Below are positions 20,066 through 29,602 of a stretch of DNA of 64,000 nucleotides, piece by piece. Source of the stretch: Pleurocapsa minor GSE-CHR-MK 17-07R (GTDB lineage Bacteria; Chloroflexota; Anaerolineae; Aggregatilineales; Phototrophicaceae); the NCBI GenBank assembly GCA_019359125.1, contig JAHHHY010000006.1, positions 210,030-274,029 on the forward strand. Direction: 5' to 3'. The position numbers and the translations under genes are program-made. Within the stretch, counting starts at the first letter, position 1. Every line of letters starts with the position of its first letter. The notes below the pieces were generated by a model. It was given only the letters and a program-made list of their open reading frames with translations, ran no database searches and was not told where the DNA came from.

Positions 20066-20094
20066 ATGCTATCATACGCTGTTCGGGTGGTCAA
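20066..20094 (-). promoter_or_regulatory. tRNA promoter
   Basis: TTGACC, 17 bp, extended -10 TGA-TAGCAT on the minus strand. Confidence 0.6.
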
Positions 20095-20252
20095 GACTCA
20101 TTCAGGCAGACAATCGCCCCTGATTGCTGCTGTCGCCCCTGCCGATTACAAAGTTCACAACCTTGAGCATCTTTATGCGCGCTGCTGCCCACATGTGCTA
20201 CGATCACCATGAACACTGTGACCACCGGTCCTCACAACAGGGAATACGCGCT

Positions 20253-20627
20253 ATGCCAGTCGTTCTTGTCGTAGACGACGAAGAAGGGTTTCGCCACATT
20301 CTGCAGATTGTGCTGCAGCGCGCTGGCTTTGGCACGCTGGTGGCCAGCAACGCCGCCGAGGCGCTCCAGATCATCGAGCGTCATCCGCCCGATCTGGTGC
20401 TGCTGGATGACATGATGCCGGGCATGAGCGGCAGCGACCTGTGTGTGAAGCTGAAGGGTGACCCGCAGTTTGCGGCCATCCCGGTGCTGATGCACAGTGC
20501 CAATTCCAAGCTGCATAATCCGGCCTATGTCGAGAGCATTCGGGCGGACGGGGTGCTGCTGAAGCCATGCCCGCCACGCGATGTCGTCGCTGCCGTCAGC
20601 CAGTATTTGCAGACCAACGCGTCTTAA
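20253..20627 (+). CDS. Single-domain response regulator (receiver)
   Basis: VLVVDDE, PDLVLLDDMMPGMSG, LLKP. Confidence 0.9.
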   Translation: MPVVLVVDDEEGFRHILQIVLQRAGFGTLVASNAAEALQIIERHPPDLVLLDDMMPGMSGSDLCVKLKGDPQFAAIPVLMHSANSKLHNPAYVESIRADGVLLKPCPPRDVVAAVSQYLQTNAS

Positions 20628-20647
20628 GCGAGGCGGCGCGGCGGGCG

Positions 20648-21703
20648 CTACGAACGGCCTGCTGCGCGCCGCTGCGCTGCGTCATCCTGGGCGAATGAAT
20701 CCTGGTCGCCCAGCAGATCCTCCAGCGAGACGCGCTCAAACAGGTCAGTTTCTTCCAGGCGCGCGCGCACTTCCGCATGAATTTCGCCATCGCTGGTGAC
20801 CGCCTGCTGAATCTTTTCGCGGCGCGTCTCGCCCCACTGCCAGCTATGCTCCACCAGCAGCACGGTGTCAGCATACACGCGCAGCTTCCACGGCCCGGAA
20901 AAATTGAACGAATCGAGCACTTTCAGCCGCGATGATGGGCTGACGAGGTGTTCGCCGCGCCCCAGCGACACCAGCGTGTCGTGCATGAACAGTTTCTGCC
21001 CATCGGGATCGATCAGCTCAAAGCGAATCAGCCCGTGCGCCTCACGCGCCAGATGCAGGCGCACATACGGCTGCAGCGAGTCGGCATCCCGCGTGATGGC
21101 CTGATCGCGCACCAGCGACAGCGCACCGTCAGACATGACCTTGAAGCCCAGGTCGATGGGGATGACTGCCGCCTGTGCATCCAGCCCGGCGGCGCTGGCC
21201 GCCCGCAGCGCGTGCGTATAGGCCGCCACGCCATTGTCCAGGATGAGCGTGTCCGGCCTGCGGCTGGGCCCGCCCGGCCGAAAAGATGGATTAGCTTGGG
21301 GGCGAGAGGGCGTCTCCATCGGGAAGCGCGTGGAGGGCGCGCTGGGCTGGCCATAGCGCGGCGCATACTGCTCACGCGACTGCATGTCCGGCCTGCTGTC
21401 GGGCATCTGGCTTTGCGCGCTTTCAATCACCTCGCGCACCACCTCAGCGCCGCCGCGCAGCAGGCGCGGAATGGCCGCCATCATGCGCATATACCAGCGC
21501 TGCCGATGCGCGCGGTAAAAAGCCATCGCGCTGCCCAGCATGAAGAACAGGCCCGCGATGACCACGAACAGGCTGACCATCATACCGGCGAAGCCGTCGC
21601 TGGCGGCGATCATGCCCAATGAAAACAGGGCGACCAGCGCCCCGATGGCCATGCCGGCCAGGTAATGCCGACCGCGCAGGCGCACGCGCCCGAATCGGTT
21701 CAT
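20648..21703 (-). CDS. Hypothetical membrane-anchored protein (paralog of the adjacent gene)
   Basis: 2 N-terminal TM segments, Pro/Arg linker, beta-rich domain (IRFELIDPDGQKLFMH...WKLRV), SLEDLL tail. Confidence 0.7.
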   Translation of the reverse strand: MNRFGRVRLRGRHYLAGMAIGALVALFSLGMIAASDGFAGMMVSLFVVIAGLFFMLGSAMAFYRAHRQRWYMRMMAAIPRLLRGGAEVVREVIESAQSQMPDSRPDMQSREQYAPRYGQPSAPSTRFPMETPSRPQANPSFRPGGPSRRPDTLILDNGVAAYTHALRAASAAGLDAQAAVIPIDLGFKVMSDGALSLVRDQAITRDADSLQPYVRLHLAREAHGLIRFELIDPDGQKLFMHDTLVSLGRGEHLVSPSSRLKVLDSFNFSGPWKLRVYADTVLLVEHSWQWGETRREKIQQAVTSDGEIHAEVRARLEETDLFERVSLEDLLGDQDSFAQDDAAQRRAAGRS

Positions 21704-22482
21704 CGGCGATCCCGGCGATTATCCTCGGACTGTCCGCGCAGCAGGTCCTCCAGGCTGAGGGGCTGGTCGGCATCCTGCTGAGACAGGCGGGCGCGGCTGT
21801 CAGACACGCTGGCCGGGGCGCGGCGGGCGCGCTCGAAGCGGTTGGACAGCGAGGGTGTCACGCGAAATACATGCTCGCCAATCATGCGCCCGTCGATCGA
21901 GACGCGCAGGTCCCAGTCGCCAGGCTCAAATTCCTCGGCACCCGCTGCCAGCGGCAGGTGATGATCGGCCAGCAGGTCGGTCTCGCCAGCGCGCAGGTAG
22001 GGGCGCATCTCGTGCACAAAACGCGTTTTGCCCATGCCGTCGCGCAGCTCAAAGCGGATCAGCGCGCGGCGTTCGGCGCCGTTGGGCAGCACGCTCAGCG
22101 AGATAAACGGGCGCACGCCCTCATCGTCCAGCGAGACATCGCGCGTGCGGCGCATGTTGACGCCGTATTCGCCGGTCTGCATGGCGATCATGCCGATGTC
22201 CATCAGCGTCAGGTCGGGGCTGGCATAGCTGCCGCCCGATTTGGCGCGCACCGCGGCTTCCCGCGCCTCGGCGGTCATGCGCACAGCGGCCAGCGACGAA
22301 CGCGAACGCTCCAGTAACTGCGACGGGCGCGCATTCATCAGGCTGAAGCCGATGGCCGCCGCCAGCAGCGCCACCAGCGCCAGCGGGACGAGGATGTTAG
22401 GGGCACTTCCTGACAACACTGCCACGACGACCGATACGCCGAGCAGGGACAGCCAGGGCACCATAGTTGTGCGAAACCGCAT
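21700..22482 (-). CDS. Hypothetical membrane-anchored protein (paralog of the adjacent gene)
   Basis: 2 TM segments, IRFELRDGMGKTRFVH...WDLRV, SLEDLL tail; 4-bp overlap with the next gene. Confidence 0.7.
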   Translation of the reverse strand: MRFRTTMVPWLSLLGVSVVVAVLSGSAPNILVPLALVALLAAAIGFSLMNARPSQLLERSRSSLAAVRMTAEAREAAVRAKSGGSYASPDLTLMDIGMIAMQTGEYGVNMRRTRDVSLDDEGVRPFISLSVLPNGAERRALIRFELRDGMGKTRFVHEMRPYLRAGETDLLADHHLPLAAGAEEFEPGDWDLRVSIDGRMIGEHVFRVTPSLSNRFERARRAPASVSDSRARLSQQDADQPLSLEDLLRGQSEDNRRDRR

Positions 22483-22552
22483 ACGCGTCTGTCCTGAAGG
22501 TTATGCTTTACGTATCAGTATACGGGAAAATGACGTTCGAAGTTGCATCGGT

Positions 22553-23317
22553 TCATCCAATCGTTATCTCCAGCGCCTGCGGCTGGCGCAGCGGCGTGAT
22601 GCCGAAGCCGAAGCGTCCCTGCGCATGCACGACCGCGTACTGGTTGTCGATCCAGGCGACGAAGCCCAGCGGCCCGCCGGGCGAAAACGGCGTATCCAGC
22701 ACGACGTGTTCATCTATCGCACAGGTGACGCGGTCCGGCAGCCACGTCAGCGTATACGTGTGCGGCTGGAAAAGCAGACCCTCGTCCAGCGGGGTCTGGG
22801 CGATTTTCAGCGCCCGCTGGATGCGCGGAAAGAACGCGTCATACAGGCGCGGCGAGCGCATCAGCAGGGCGGCGGGCAGGGCAAACGGGGCCAGTGCCAG
22901 CGCGCGCGGGTTGAGCGCATCGATGACGGCCGCCTTGAAGCCGCTGCCCGGTTGGCCGTGTGCAAGCTGCATATCGTTGGGCGGCGCGCCGAAGAAGAAC
23001 CAGGCCGCGCGCGGCAGGCGGGGCATGCGGCGGGCATCGGGCGAGAACGGATGGTTCCACAGGCCGAAGCCGGCTGTGCCGACGAGCTGGTTCGCTTCGG
23101 CAAAGGCCTGGGCGCGCAGGCGAATGGTCAGCGGCGGACGCAGCATGAACTGCATACGCGCCTGGTCGCCGTCGCGCGCCACGTAATCGCACACCTGCCC
23201 GTTATGGTAGTTTCGCGAGCCATCCGGCGTGATGCCCAGGCTGTAGTGATTTTCCGCCTGCCGGGCGGTGCCGCTGCCGGATAAAACCGGCGTCAATGAC
23301 TCTGGTTGATAGAACAA
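22553..23317 (-). CDS. Hypothetical protein, possible concanavalin A-like/GH16-like fold
   Basis: GTAGFGLWN; HTYTLTWLPDRVTCAID resembles the GH16 FHTYxxxWxPDxIxFxVD strand. Confidence 0.55.
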   Translation of the reverse strand: MFYQPESLTPVLSGSGTARQAENHYSLGITPDGSRNYHNGQVCDYVARDGDQARMQFMLRPPLTIRLRAQAFAEANQLVGTAGFGLWNHPFSPDARRMPRLPRAAWFFFGAPPNDMQLAHGQPGSGFKAAVIDALNPRALALAPFALPAALLMRSPRLYDAFFPRIQRALKIAQTPLDEGLLFQPHTYTLTWLPDRVTCAIDEHVVLDTPFSPGGPLGFVAWIDNQYAVVHAQGRFGFGITPLRQPQALEITIG

Positions 23318-23430
23318 AATTTCTGTGCTTCCCTACTCATTCGCAGCAATCTCGGGTATAATGATATACCGAATGTGACAGTCATCAGTGCTGCCCATGC
23401 TGTGGGCAGCTTGTTAAAGGGACGGGCGAA

Positions 23431-24096
23431 TTGGAAATTACGTGGTATGGACACAGCTGCTTCCGCATCAGTGAGCGCGGGCGCATCAGCGTGGTGACGG
23501 ATCCCTTTCATGAGAGCATTGGGCTGCCGCCGCTGAAGCTGAAGGCCGATGTGGTGACGGTGAGCCACGACAGCGCCGGCCACGGTTATCTGGAAGCGGT
23601 CAAATCAGACATGCGCGTGCTGCGCAGCCCCGGTGAATATGAAATCGGCAATGTGTTTGTCTCCGGGCTGGCGCTGCATAACGTGACGACCGAGCCGCCG
23701 CAGCGTAATGTCGGCTTCATGATCAATTACGACACGCTGAGCGTGCTGCACCTGGGCGACCTGAGCTATGTGCCGGAACAATCGACGATTGAAAACCTGG
23801 GCGAAGTGAATGTGCTGCTGGTGCCGGTGGGCGGGGGCAGCGCGCTGAAAGCGGCCCAGGCCGCCGAGCTGGTCGCGCTGATCGAGCCGCACTTCATCAT
23901 CCCAATGCACTATGCGCTGCCCGGCCTGGCCTTCGAACTGGAGCCTGTGGAGAAATTTCTCAAGGTCATGGGTGTGAGTAAAGTGGTAGAAATGGATATA
24001 CTCAAAATCTCGGCCAGTGACCTGCCGGAACAGCCGCAGGTCGTGGTGCTGAATCCGCAGGGTATGGAACTAGCAGCAGGGCAAACGGGATTATGA
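23431..24096 (+). CDS. MBL-fold metallo-hydrolase (Lactamase_B_3-like)
   Basis: MEITWYGHSCF, VTVSHDSAGH, LHLGDL, IIPMHY. Confidence 0.85.
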   Translation: MEITWYGHSCFRISERGRISVVTDPFHESIGLPPLKLKADVVTVSHDSAGHGYLEAVKSDMRVLRSPGEYEIGNVFVSGLALHNVTTEPPQRNVGFMINYDTLSVLHLGDLSYVPEQSTIENLGEVNVLLVPVGGGSALKAAQAAELVALIEPHFIIPMHYALPGLAFELEPVEKFLKVMGVSKVVEMDILKISASDLPEQPQVVVLNPQGMELAAGQTGL

Positions 24097-24404
24097 GCGT
24101 TAAGCTGTTGATGCACTGGGATATCAAGCCAGGCCGTGATCAGGAGTATTTTGAGTTTGTGGTGCGCGAATGGGTGCCCGGCATCCAGAAGCTGGGCCTT
24201 CAGCCCAGCGGCGCGTGGTACACCGTGTACAGCCGCACCAAAGATGCGCCGCAGATCATGACCGAAGGTATCGCCAAGGATATAGATGTGATGCGCGGCA
24301 TCCTGAACAGCCCGGACTGGCAGACGCTGTTCGAAAAGCTGCAGGACTACGTGCATAACTACCGTCAGAAAATTGTCCATGTGACGGGTGGATTTCAATT
24401 GTGA
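24093..24404 (+). CDS. Small hypothetical protein (NIPSNAP/ferredoxin-like fold possible)
   Basis: Coupled by a 4-bp overlap; WDIKPGRDQEYFEF pattern. Confidence 0.65.
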   Translation: MSVKLLMHWDIKPGRDQEYFEFVVREWVPGIQKLGLQPSGAWYTVYSRTKDAPQIMTEGIAKDIDVMRGILNSPDWQTLFEKLQDYVHNYRQKIVHVTGGFQL

Positions 24405-24454
24405 GGCGGCACAACGCCTGACAATGCCTGTTCTTCGGGGGGAAGGATAGATGC

Positions 24455-25909
24455 ATGTTTGATCGCATTCTGGCGCAGCTCAAAGCCGCCGACTCTGCCA
24501 CACGTCGCCAGGCGATCATCGCAATAGGCAAATCAGGAACGTCATCACTGCTGCCCGCATTGGCAGAAGTGTATCGTACCGACCCTGATCCTGATCTGCG
24601 CGAGCTGGCCCGCAAGGCTGGCCTGGCCATCCGCAAGCGCGAGACCACTGCGTCCGCCCAGTCGCCTGCTGTCGAGATGCCGGAAACCGACGACCTGTTG
24701 TCAGGCACCGGCATGTCCACCAGCGGCAAGTCGGTGTCCGCCTTCACGGTGGACCTGGATGAAGTGGACTTCGAGCAGCTCACGCCCTTTCGCGCTTCCG
24801 ATGCTGTCGAGGACGATGACCCGGACCTGGATGACCTGATCGGCAGGGCGACCGCCGCTGCCGCCATCGCGGGCACGAGCGTGCGCGGGCTGGATGCGCT
24901 GGAAAAGAAACAGGCCCCGCGCACAGCCGCCGACGACATCGAGGATGAACTAAAAGGCAAAGGGCCAATCCCTGGACGCAAGTACAATGTGCCGCCTGAC
25001 GTGCGCGAGCGCGCCAAGGGGTCGGTGGAATCGGCGCTGTCGCTGAATATGCGCGGCGAGAATGCCAAAGCCCTCAAGATGCTGACCGAGGCGCTGAGCC
25101 TTGACCCGAACCTCATCAATGACAAATACTTCGAGAGCATCGCGGCAGCCGTGACCGGCCTGGACGGGAACGGCGCGATGCGCGTGATTATCGACAAAAG
25201 CGAACGCACCAATTTCGTGGAAGTCGCCACCAAGAAACAGAAACAGGAACGCAAAGAGAAGCACGTCAGCGAGACCAAACAGATCGGCTGGGGGTCGCTG
25301 AGCTTTGACCTGGTGCTGTATTTCTTCGTCGCTACCTTTGGCACGTTCTTCAGCTTCCTCGTGCTCTCGCAGGCGTTTCTGGGCAGCTTTGGCGATTACA
25401 CGGCCAATGAAGTCTTTGCCGACTCGCTGCCGATTCAGCCAGACGCCATCGCCAATGGCTTCAGCACGCCGGCGCTGCTGCTGTTCAGCCTGGTCATCGG
25501 CGTGAGCACCGTCATCGGCCTGCTGATTCAGATGGGCGGCGTGCATCTGGTGGCGACAATGATGCTGGGCGGCAAGGGCACCTATACCAACATGACCGCG
25601 CAGGTCACGCGCGTGCAGGTGCGCCTGCAGCCGATTTTGTACGTGCTGAGCTATGTCACCATCGCCATGTTCTTCATCTCGCAGGCATCGCCGGTCATCC
25701 TGTGCTTCGTGCTGCCGCTGGTGATCCTGTCGTTTTACATCCAGTTTCAGACGCTGGGGCGCATCGCCAAAGCCTACGACTTCAGCGTGGCGATGGGCTG
25801 CCTGTCGTTCATCATCGGCTACGTGCTGATCTCGCTGCTGACCACGGGCGTGGTCACGCTGCTCAGCACCACGCTGGGCACGCTGCTCAGCAACTTTGTG
25901 GCGCGGTAG
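24455..25909 (+). CDS. HEAT-repeat / acidic linker / TPR-like / Yip1-like multi-TM protein
   Basis: RRQAIIAIGK...DPDPDLRELA; KMLTEALSLDPNL; 5 C-terminal TM segments. Confidence 0.7.
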   Translation: MFDRILAQLKAADSATRRQAIIAIGKSGTSSLLPALAEVYRTDPDPDLRELARKAGLAIRKRETTASAQSPAVEMPETDDLLSGTGMSTSGKSVSAFTVDLDEVDFEQLTPFRASDAVEDDDPDLDDLIGRATAAAAIAGTSVRGLDALEKKQAPRTAADDIEDELKGKGPIPGRKYNVPPDVRERAKGSVESALSLNMRGENAKALKMLTEALSLDPNLINDKYFESIAAAVTGLDGNGAMRVIIDKSERTNFVEVATKKQKQERKEKHVSETKQIGWGSLSFDLVLYFFVATFGTFFSFLVLSQAFLGSFGDYTANEVFADSLPIQPDAIANGFSTPALLLFSLVIGVSTVIGLLIQMGGVHLVATMMLGGKGTYTNMTAQVTRVQVRLQPILYVLSYVTIAMFFISQASPVILCFVLPLVILSFYIQFQTLGRIAKAYDFSVAMGCLSFIIGYVLISLLTTGVVTLLSTTLGTLLSNFVAR

Positions 25910-25915
25910 CCGGGG

Positions 25916-26509
25916 ATGCCATTCGCGTTCACGATGCCCCACTGGGAGCGGCTCAGCTCGGAGACGCTCATCCGCAACCGCTATATCCATGTGCAGCGCG
26001 ACACCTGCCGTCTGCCGGATGGCCTGGAAATCGATGATTATTTCGTGCTGCGCGAGCCAGACGTGGCGTGCGTGTTTGCCGTGACCGATGACGGGCGTAT
26101 CGTGCTGGTGGAGCAGTACAAGCATGGGCTGGGGCGGGCGTGCCTGGAAATCCCTGGCGGCCAGTTTTCCCCCACCGATGACGACGCGATTGCTGCGGCG
26201 CGCCGCGAGCTGCGCGAGGAAACCGGCTACGAGGCCCCTGTAGAAGCATTTCACCTGCTGGGCGTGCTGCCCGTCAGCCCGGCGCGCACGAATATCCGCG
26301 TGCATCTGGTGGGCGTGACTGGCTGCGCGCTGTCCAGTCAGCCTTATCTGGACCCGCTGGAGCGGATCGCCGTGCATGTGCTGCCGCCTGAAGAGGTGCG
26401 CGGGCTGATGCGCGATGGTACGATCGATGTCATCTCCACACTGACCGGCCTGTTTATAGGCTTTGACTGGTTGCGCGGCGTGGGGCAGGCTGGCCCGACA
26501 ACGGGGTAA
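25916..26509 (+). CDS. NUDIX hydrolase (ADP-ribose pyrophosphatase-like)
   Basis: Nudix box GG...AARRELREETGY. Confidence 0.9.
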   Translation: MPFAFTMPHWERLSSETLIRNRYIHVQRDTCRLPDGLEIDDYFVLREPDVACVFAVTDDGRIVLVEQYKHGLGRACLEIPGGQFSPTDDDAIAAARRELREETGYEAPVEAFHLLGVLPVSPARTNIRVHLVGVTGCALSSQPYLDPLERIAVHVLPPEEVRGLMRDGTIDVISTLTGLFIGFDWLRGVGQAGPTTG

Positions 26510-26522
26510 GGACACCACTGCT

Positions 26523-27386
26523 GTGAATGTAAAAACGACGATTGGACTGCTGGCTGGCGCGGCCCTGGGCGGCGCTGCGCTGGCCTATGCCCGCTTCATC
26601 GAGCCGTTCCGCTGGGACGTGACGCGCCACGAGATTCGCCTGTCGCGCCTGCCCGCCGCCTTTGACGGCTATACCATCGTCCACCTGTCTGACCTGCACA
26701 TGGACGACGTGACCAACGAGGCGCGGCTGATGGAAGTGGTCGCGCTGGCGAATGCTGAAAAGCCCGACATCGTGGTGCTGACGGGCGATTTTGTCACCGC
26801 CGACAAGCCGTTTGACGGCGCGGCGCTGACGCGGGTGCTGGCCGCGCTGGAAGCGCCCGATGGCAAGCTGGGCGTGCTGGGCAATCATGACCGGCTGGGC
26901 CATGTGCAGGCGGTCATCGGTGCTGTCGAGGCGGGCGGGGTGACGGTGCTCAATAACGCCGTGCATACGCTCTATCGCGGGCCGCGCGGCGGGCGCAAAA
27001 AGTCGGCATCGGCTGCCGCGCTGACGTTTGCCGGGGTGGACAGCCTGTATCGGCGCAGGCCGCGCCTGGATGAGGTGCTGAACGCGCTTCCGGCGGGCGA
27101 TGGCGTCCATATCCTGCTGGCGCACGAGCCGGACTTTGCCGATGTGGCCGCGCCCACGCGCCGTTTTGCCTTCCAGCTTTCCGGCCATGCCCACGGCGGG
27201 CAGGTGCGCGTCCCATTCCTGACGAGCTTCGGCCTGCCGCGCTATGGCATGCGCTATGTCGAGGGGCTGAACATGGTGGGGGATATGCTGCTGTATGCGC
27301 ATCGCGGGCTGGGCATGACCAGCGCGCCGATCCGCTTCAACTGCCGTCCCGAAATCGCCGTGCACGTGCTGAGAGCGCACGGCTGA
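26523..27386 (+). CDS. Calcineurin-like metallophosphoesterase (YkuE-like)
   Basis: HLSDLH, TGDF, LGNHD, LAHEPD, SGHAHGGQ. Confidence 0.9.
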   Translation: MNVKTTIGLLAGAALGGAALAYARFIEPFRWDVTRHEIRLSRLPAAFDGYTIVHLSDLHMDDVTNEARLMEVVALANAEKPDIVVLTGDFVTADKPFDGAALTRVLAALEAPDGKLGVLGNHDRLGHVQAVIGAVEAGGVTVLNNAVHTLYRGPRGGRKKSASAAALTFAGVDSLYRRRPRLDEVLNALPAGDGVHILLAHEPDFADVAAPTRRFAFQLSGHAHGGQVRVPFLTSFGLPRYGMRYVEGLNMVGDMLLYAHRGLGMTSAPIRFNCRPEIAVHVLRAHG

Positions 27387-27396
27387 CCAGCGCGCC

Positions 27397-29499
27397 ATGA
27401 TGCCGCTGACAGCAGGTGAACAGCATATCGCCCGGCTGCTGGACGGCCTGAGCCGACAGACGTATTTCTATCGCCACGAGCCGCGCATCGTGACCGCGTT
27501 CGACTCTGGCAAGCCGGACTTCGTCGTCATCGATGCCGACCGGGGCGTGCTGGTGATCGAGGTCAAGGACTGGCGCACGATCACCGGCGTGCGTGACCGC
27601 CAGGTGCATATCCTGCGCGCTGGCGGTGAGCCGGACATCATGCCGGACCCGATCGCGCAGGCCGAACGCTATGCCTACCTGCTGCACAAGAAATTTGAAC
27701 AGCACCACGGTCTGTGGGAATCGGGGCGCGGGCGCACCCTGCTGAAATTCCCCTATCAGGTGATGGTCGCGCTGCCCTATATCGCCCAGGCCGCCGTGAC
27801 ACAATTAGAAGACGCGGGCATCTGGCCGCGCGGCGTGGTGGTGGGCCGCGAGAAGCTGGCCAGCAGCGCGGCACTGGCGACAACGATTCGCGCGCTGCCG
27901 TGGCGCTTCATCATTCCCGCGCCGCTGCCGCTGGACGTGCGCGAAATCCTGCGTGAAGTCCTCGACCCATCGCTGACGATTACTAATGAGCGCGGGCAGT
28001 GGCTGGGCATCCTGACATTGCAGCAGGAGACAGCCGTCAATCTGCCGCTGGCGCGCACCCTGCCGCGGACCGTCAGCCTGTTTGCCGAGGAGCAGGCTGC
28101 GCCCGCGGGCCGGGACATCCGCCGCCTGAAAGGGGTCGCGGGCAGCGGCAAGACGCTGGTGCTGGCCCGGCGCGCCAGCCGCCTGCGCGCCCAGCATCCC
28201 GACCAGCGTATCCTCGTGCTGTCGTTCAACAAGCTGCTGGCCGCTGACATTCAGCAGCGCCTGGCTGCGCTCGACCGGGCGCATCAGCGCGACGCCCTGC
28301 TTGACTTCTCGGATGCGGTCGATGCCTATGACACGGCCGACATGGATGAGACTGCGCCGGGCTTTCATGCGCCGGATGACCCGCCGCCGCTGTTCGAGGT
28401 GGCGACGTTTCACCGCATCTGCCGCCGCCTGCTGCTGCCCGACTGGCAGACGCCGATCAAAACGGGCGCCTGGCTGGGCCGCCATGCCGCTGATGAACTG
28501 GCCGTGCTTAGGCTGGAGACAGGCTACGTGGCCGAGGAACTGGCATGGCGTCGTGAAGTCGGCTGCCTGACCGATGAGGCCTATTTCGAGATTTCGCGTG
28601 AGGGCAGGCATATCCCGCTGACGCGCGACCGGCGCGCCATCATCAACACGATTTTCAACCGTTATGCGGCCTATAAGGCGGCACGTTATGCCCAGGGCGA
28701 GCCGTGGTACGACTTCGCGGACACGCCTGCGCTGGCGGCGGCGCGCCTGCTGGGCCAGCCCGATCATCCGTATCTGGCGGCCTATGACGCGATTTTCATC
28801 GATGAGGCGCAGGACTTCGCCCCGTCGTGGATGCGGCTGGTCGATCTGCTGCTCAGGCCTGACGGCGAGCTGTTCCTGTGTGATGACGAGGCGCAGACGA
28901 TTTTCACGCACTACACCTGGTCGCAGCGCGGCATCACGCTCAACCCGGCGCGCACGATCACGCTGGAGATTCCGTTTCGCTCCACGCACGAGGTGAGCAG
29001 CGCGGCGCACGCCCTGATCGGCGCTGACCCGGTGCTGTCGAAAGCTGCCGGTCTGACGCGGCCGAATTTCCGCTCGATGGCGCTCAGCCGCGGGCCTGCG
29101 CCGTCGGTGGTGCTGTGCGCTGGCCCGGAGGACGAGATGGCCTTCATCACGCGGCGCATCGCGTTCCTGCGCGAAAAAGGCGTGGCCGCGCACAATATCG
29201 CCGTGCTGCTGCACGATTTATCGCTGCGGCGCTGGGGCTTTCGGGCGCTGTCGGAGCAGGGCATTTTCGTCGATGGCTTTGCGCGCATAAAGGGGCTGGA
29301 ATTCACCAGCGTATTTATCCCTGACGTGAACGGCCTGTTTCCGCCGGACGCGGGCGACGAGGAAACAGCCGCGCTCAAGCGCCGCCTGTTTACCGCCATG
29401 ACGCGCTCGCGCAGGCATCTGTTCCTCACCTGCACGGGGCGGCTGGCCGCGCCGCTGGCCGCGCTGGAAAAGGCCTGCGTGGTCGAGGCGCATCGGTGA
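27397..29499 (+). CDS. NERD nuclease domain fused to UvrD-like superfamily 1 helicase
   Basis: PDFVVIDADRGVLVIEVKDW (NERD), GVAGSGKT, FIDEAQDF, CDDEAQTIF, PFRST, KGLEF, FTAMTRSR. Confidence 0.85.
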   Translation: MMPLTAGEQHIARLLDGLSRQTYFYRHEPRIVTAFDSGKPDFVVIDADRGVLVIEVKDWRTITGVRDRQVHILRAGGEPDIMPDPIAQAERYAYLLHKKFEQHHGLWESGRGRTLLKFPYQVMVALPYIAQAAVTQLEDAGIWPRGVVVGREKLASSAALATTIRALPWRFIIPAPLPLDVREILREVLDPSLTITNERGQWLGILTLQQETAVNLPLARTLPRTVSLFAEEQAAPAGRDIRRLKGVAGSGKTLVLARRASRLRAQHPDQRILVLSFNKLLAADIQQRLAALDRAHQRDALLDFSDAVDAYDTADMDETAPGFHAPDDPPPLFEVATFHRICRRLLLPDWQTPIKTGAWLGRHAADELAVLRLETGYVAEELAWRREVGCLTDEAYFEISREGRHIPLTRDRRAIINTIFNRYAAYKAARYAQGEPWYDFADTPALAAARLLGQPDHPYLAAYDAIFIDEAQDFAPSWMRLVDLLLRPDGELFLCDDEAQTIFTHYTWSQRGITLNPARTITLEIPFRSTHEVSSAAHALIGADPVLSKAAGLTRPNFRSMALSRGPAPSVVLCAGPEDEMAFITRRIAFLREKGVAAHNIAVLLHDLSLRRWGFRALSEQGIFVDGFARIKGLEFTSVFIPDVNGLFPPDAGDEETAALKRRLFTAMTRSRRHLFLTCTGRLAAPLAALEKACVVEAHR

Positions 29500-29508
29500 G
29501 GGGGATTT

Positions 29509-29598
29509 CCAACCTCACCCCGTTTCGCTGCGCTCAACCGCCCCTCTCCACGTTGTGGAGAGGGGCAAAAACCCGTCAGGGTTTTGGGGTGAGGTTGG
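29509..29598. repeat. Nested palindromic REP-like element between convergent genes
   Basis: CCAACCTCACCCC/GGGGTGAGGTTGG outer stem enclosing GCCCCTCTCCA/TGGAGAGGGGC and AAAACCC/GGGTTTT hairpins. Confidence 0.8.
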
Positions 29599-29602
29599 CT
29601 GC

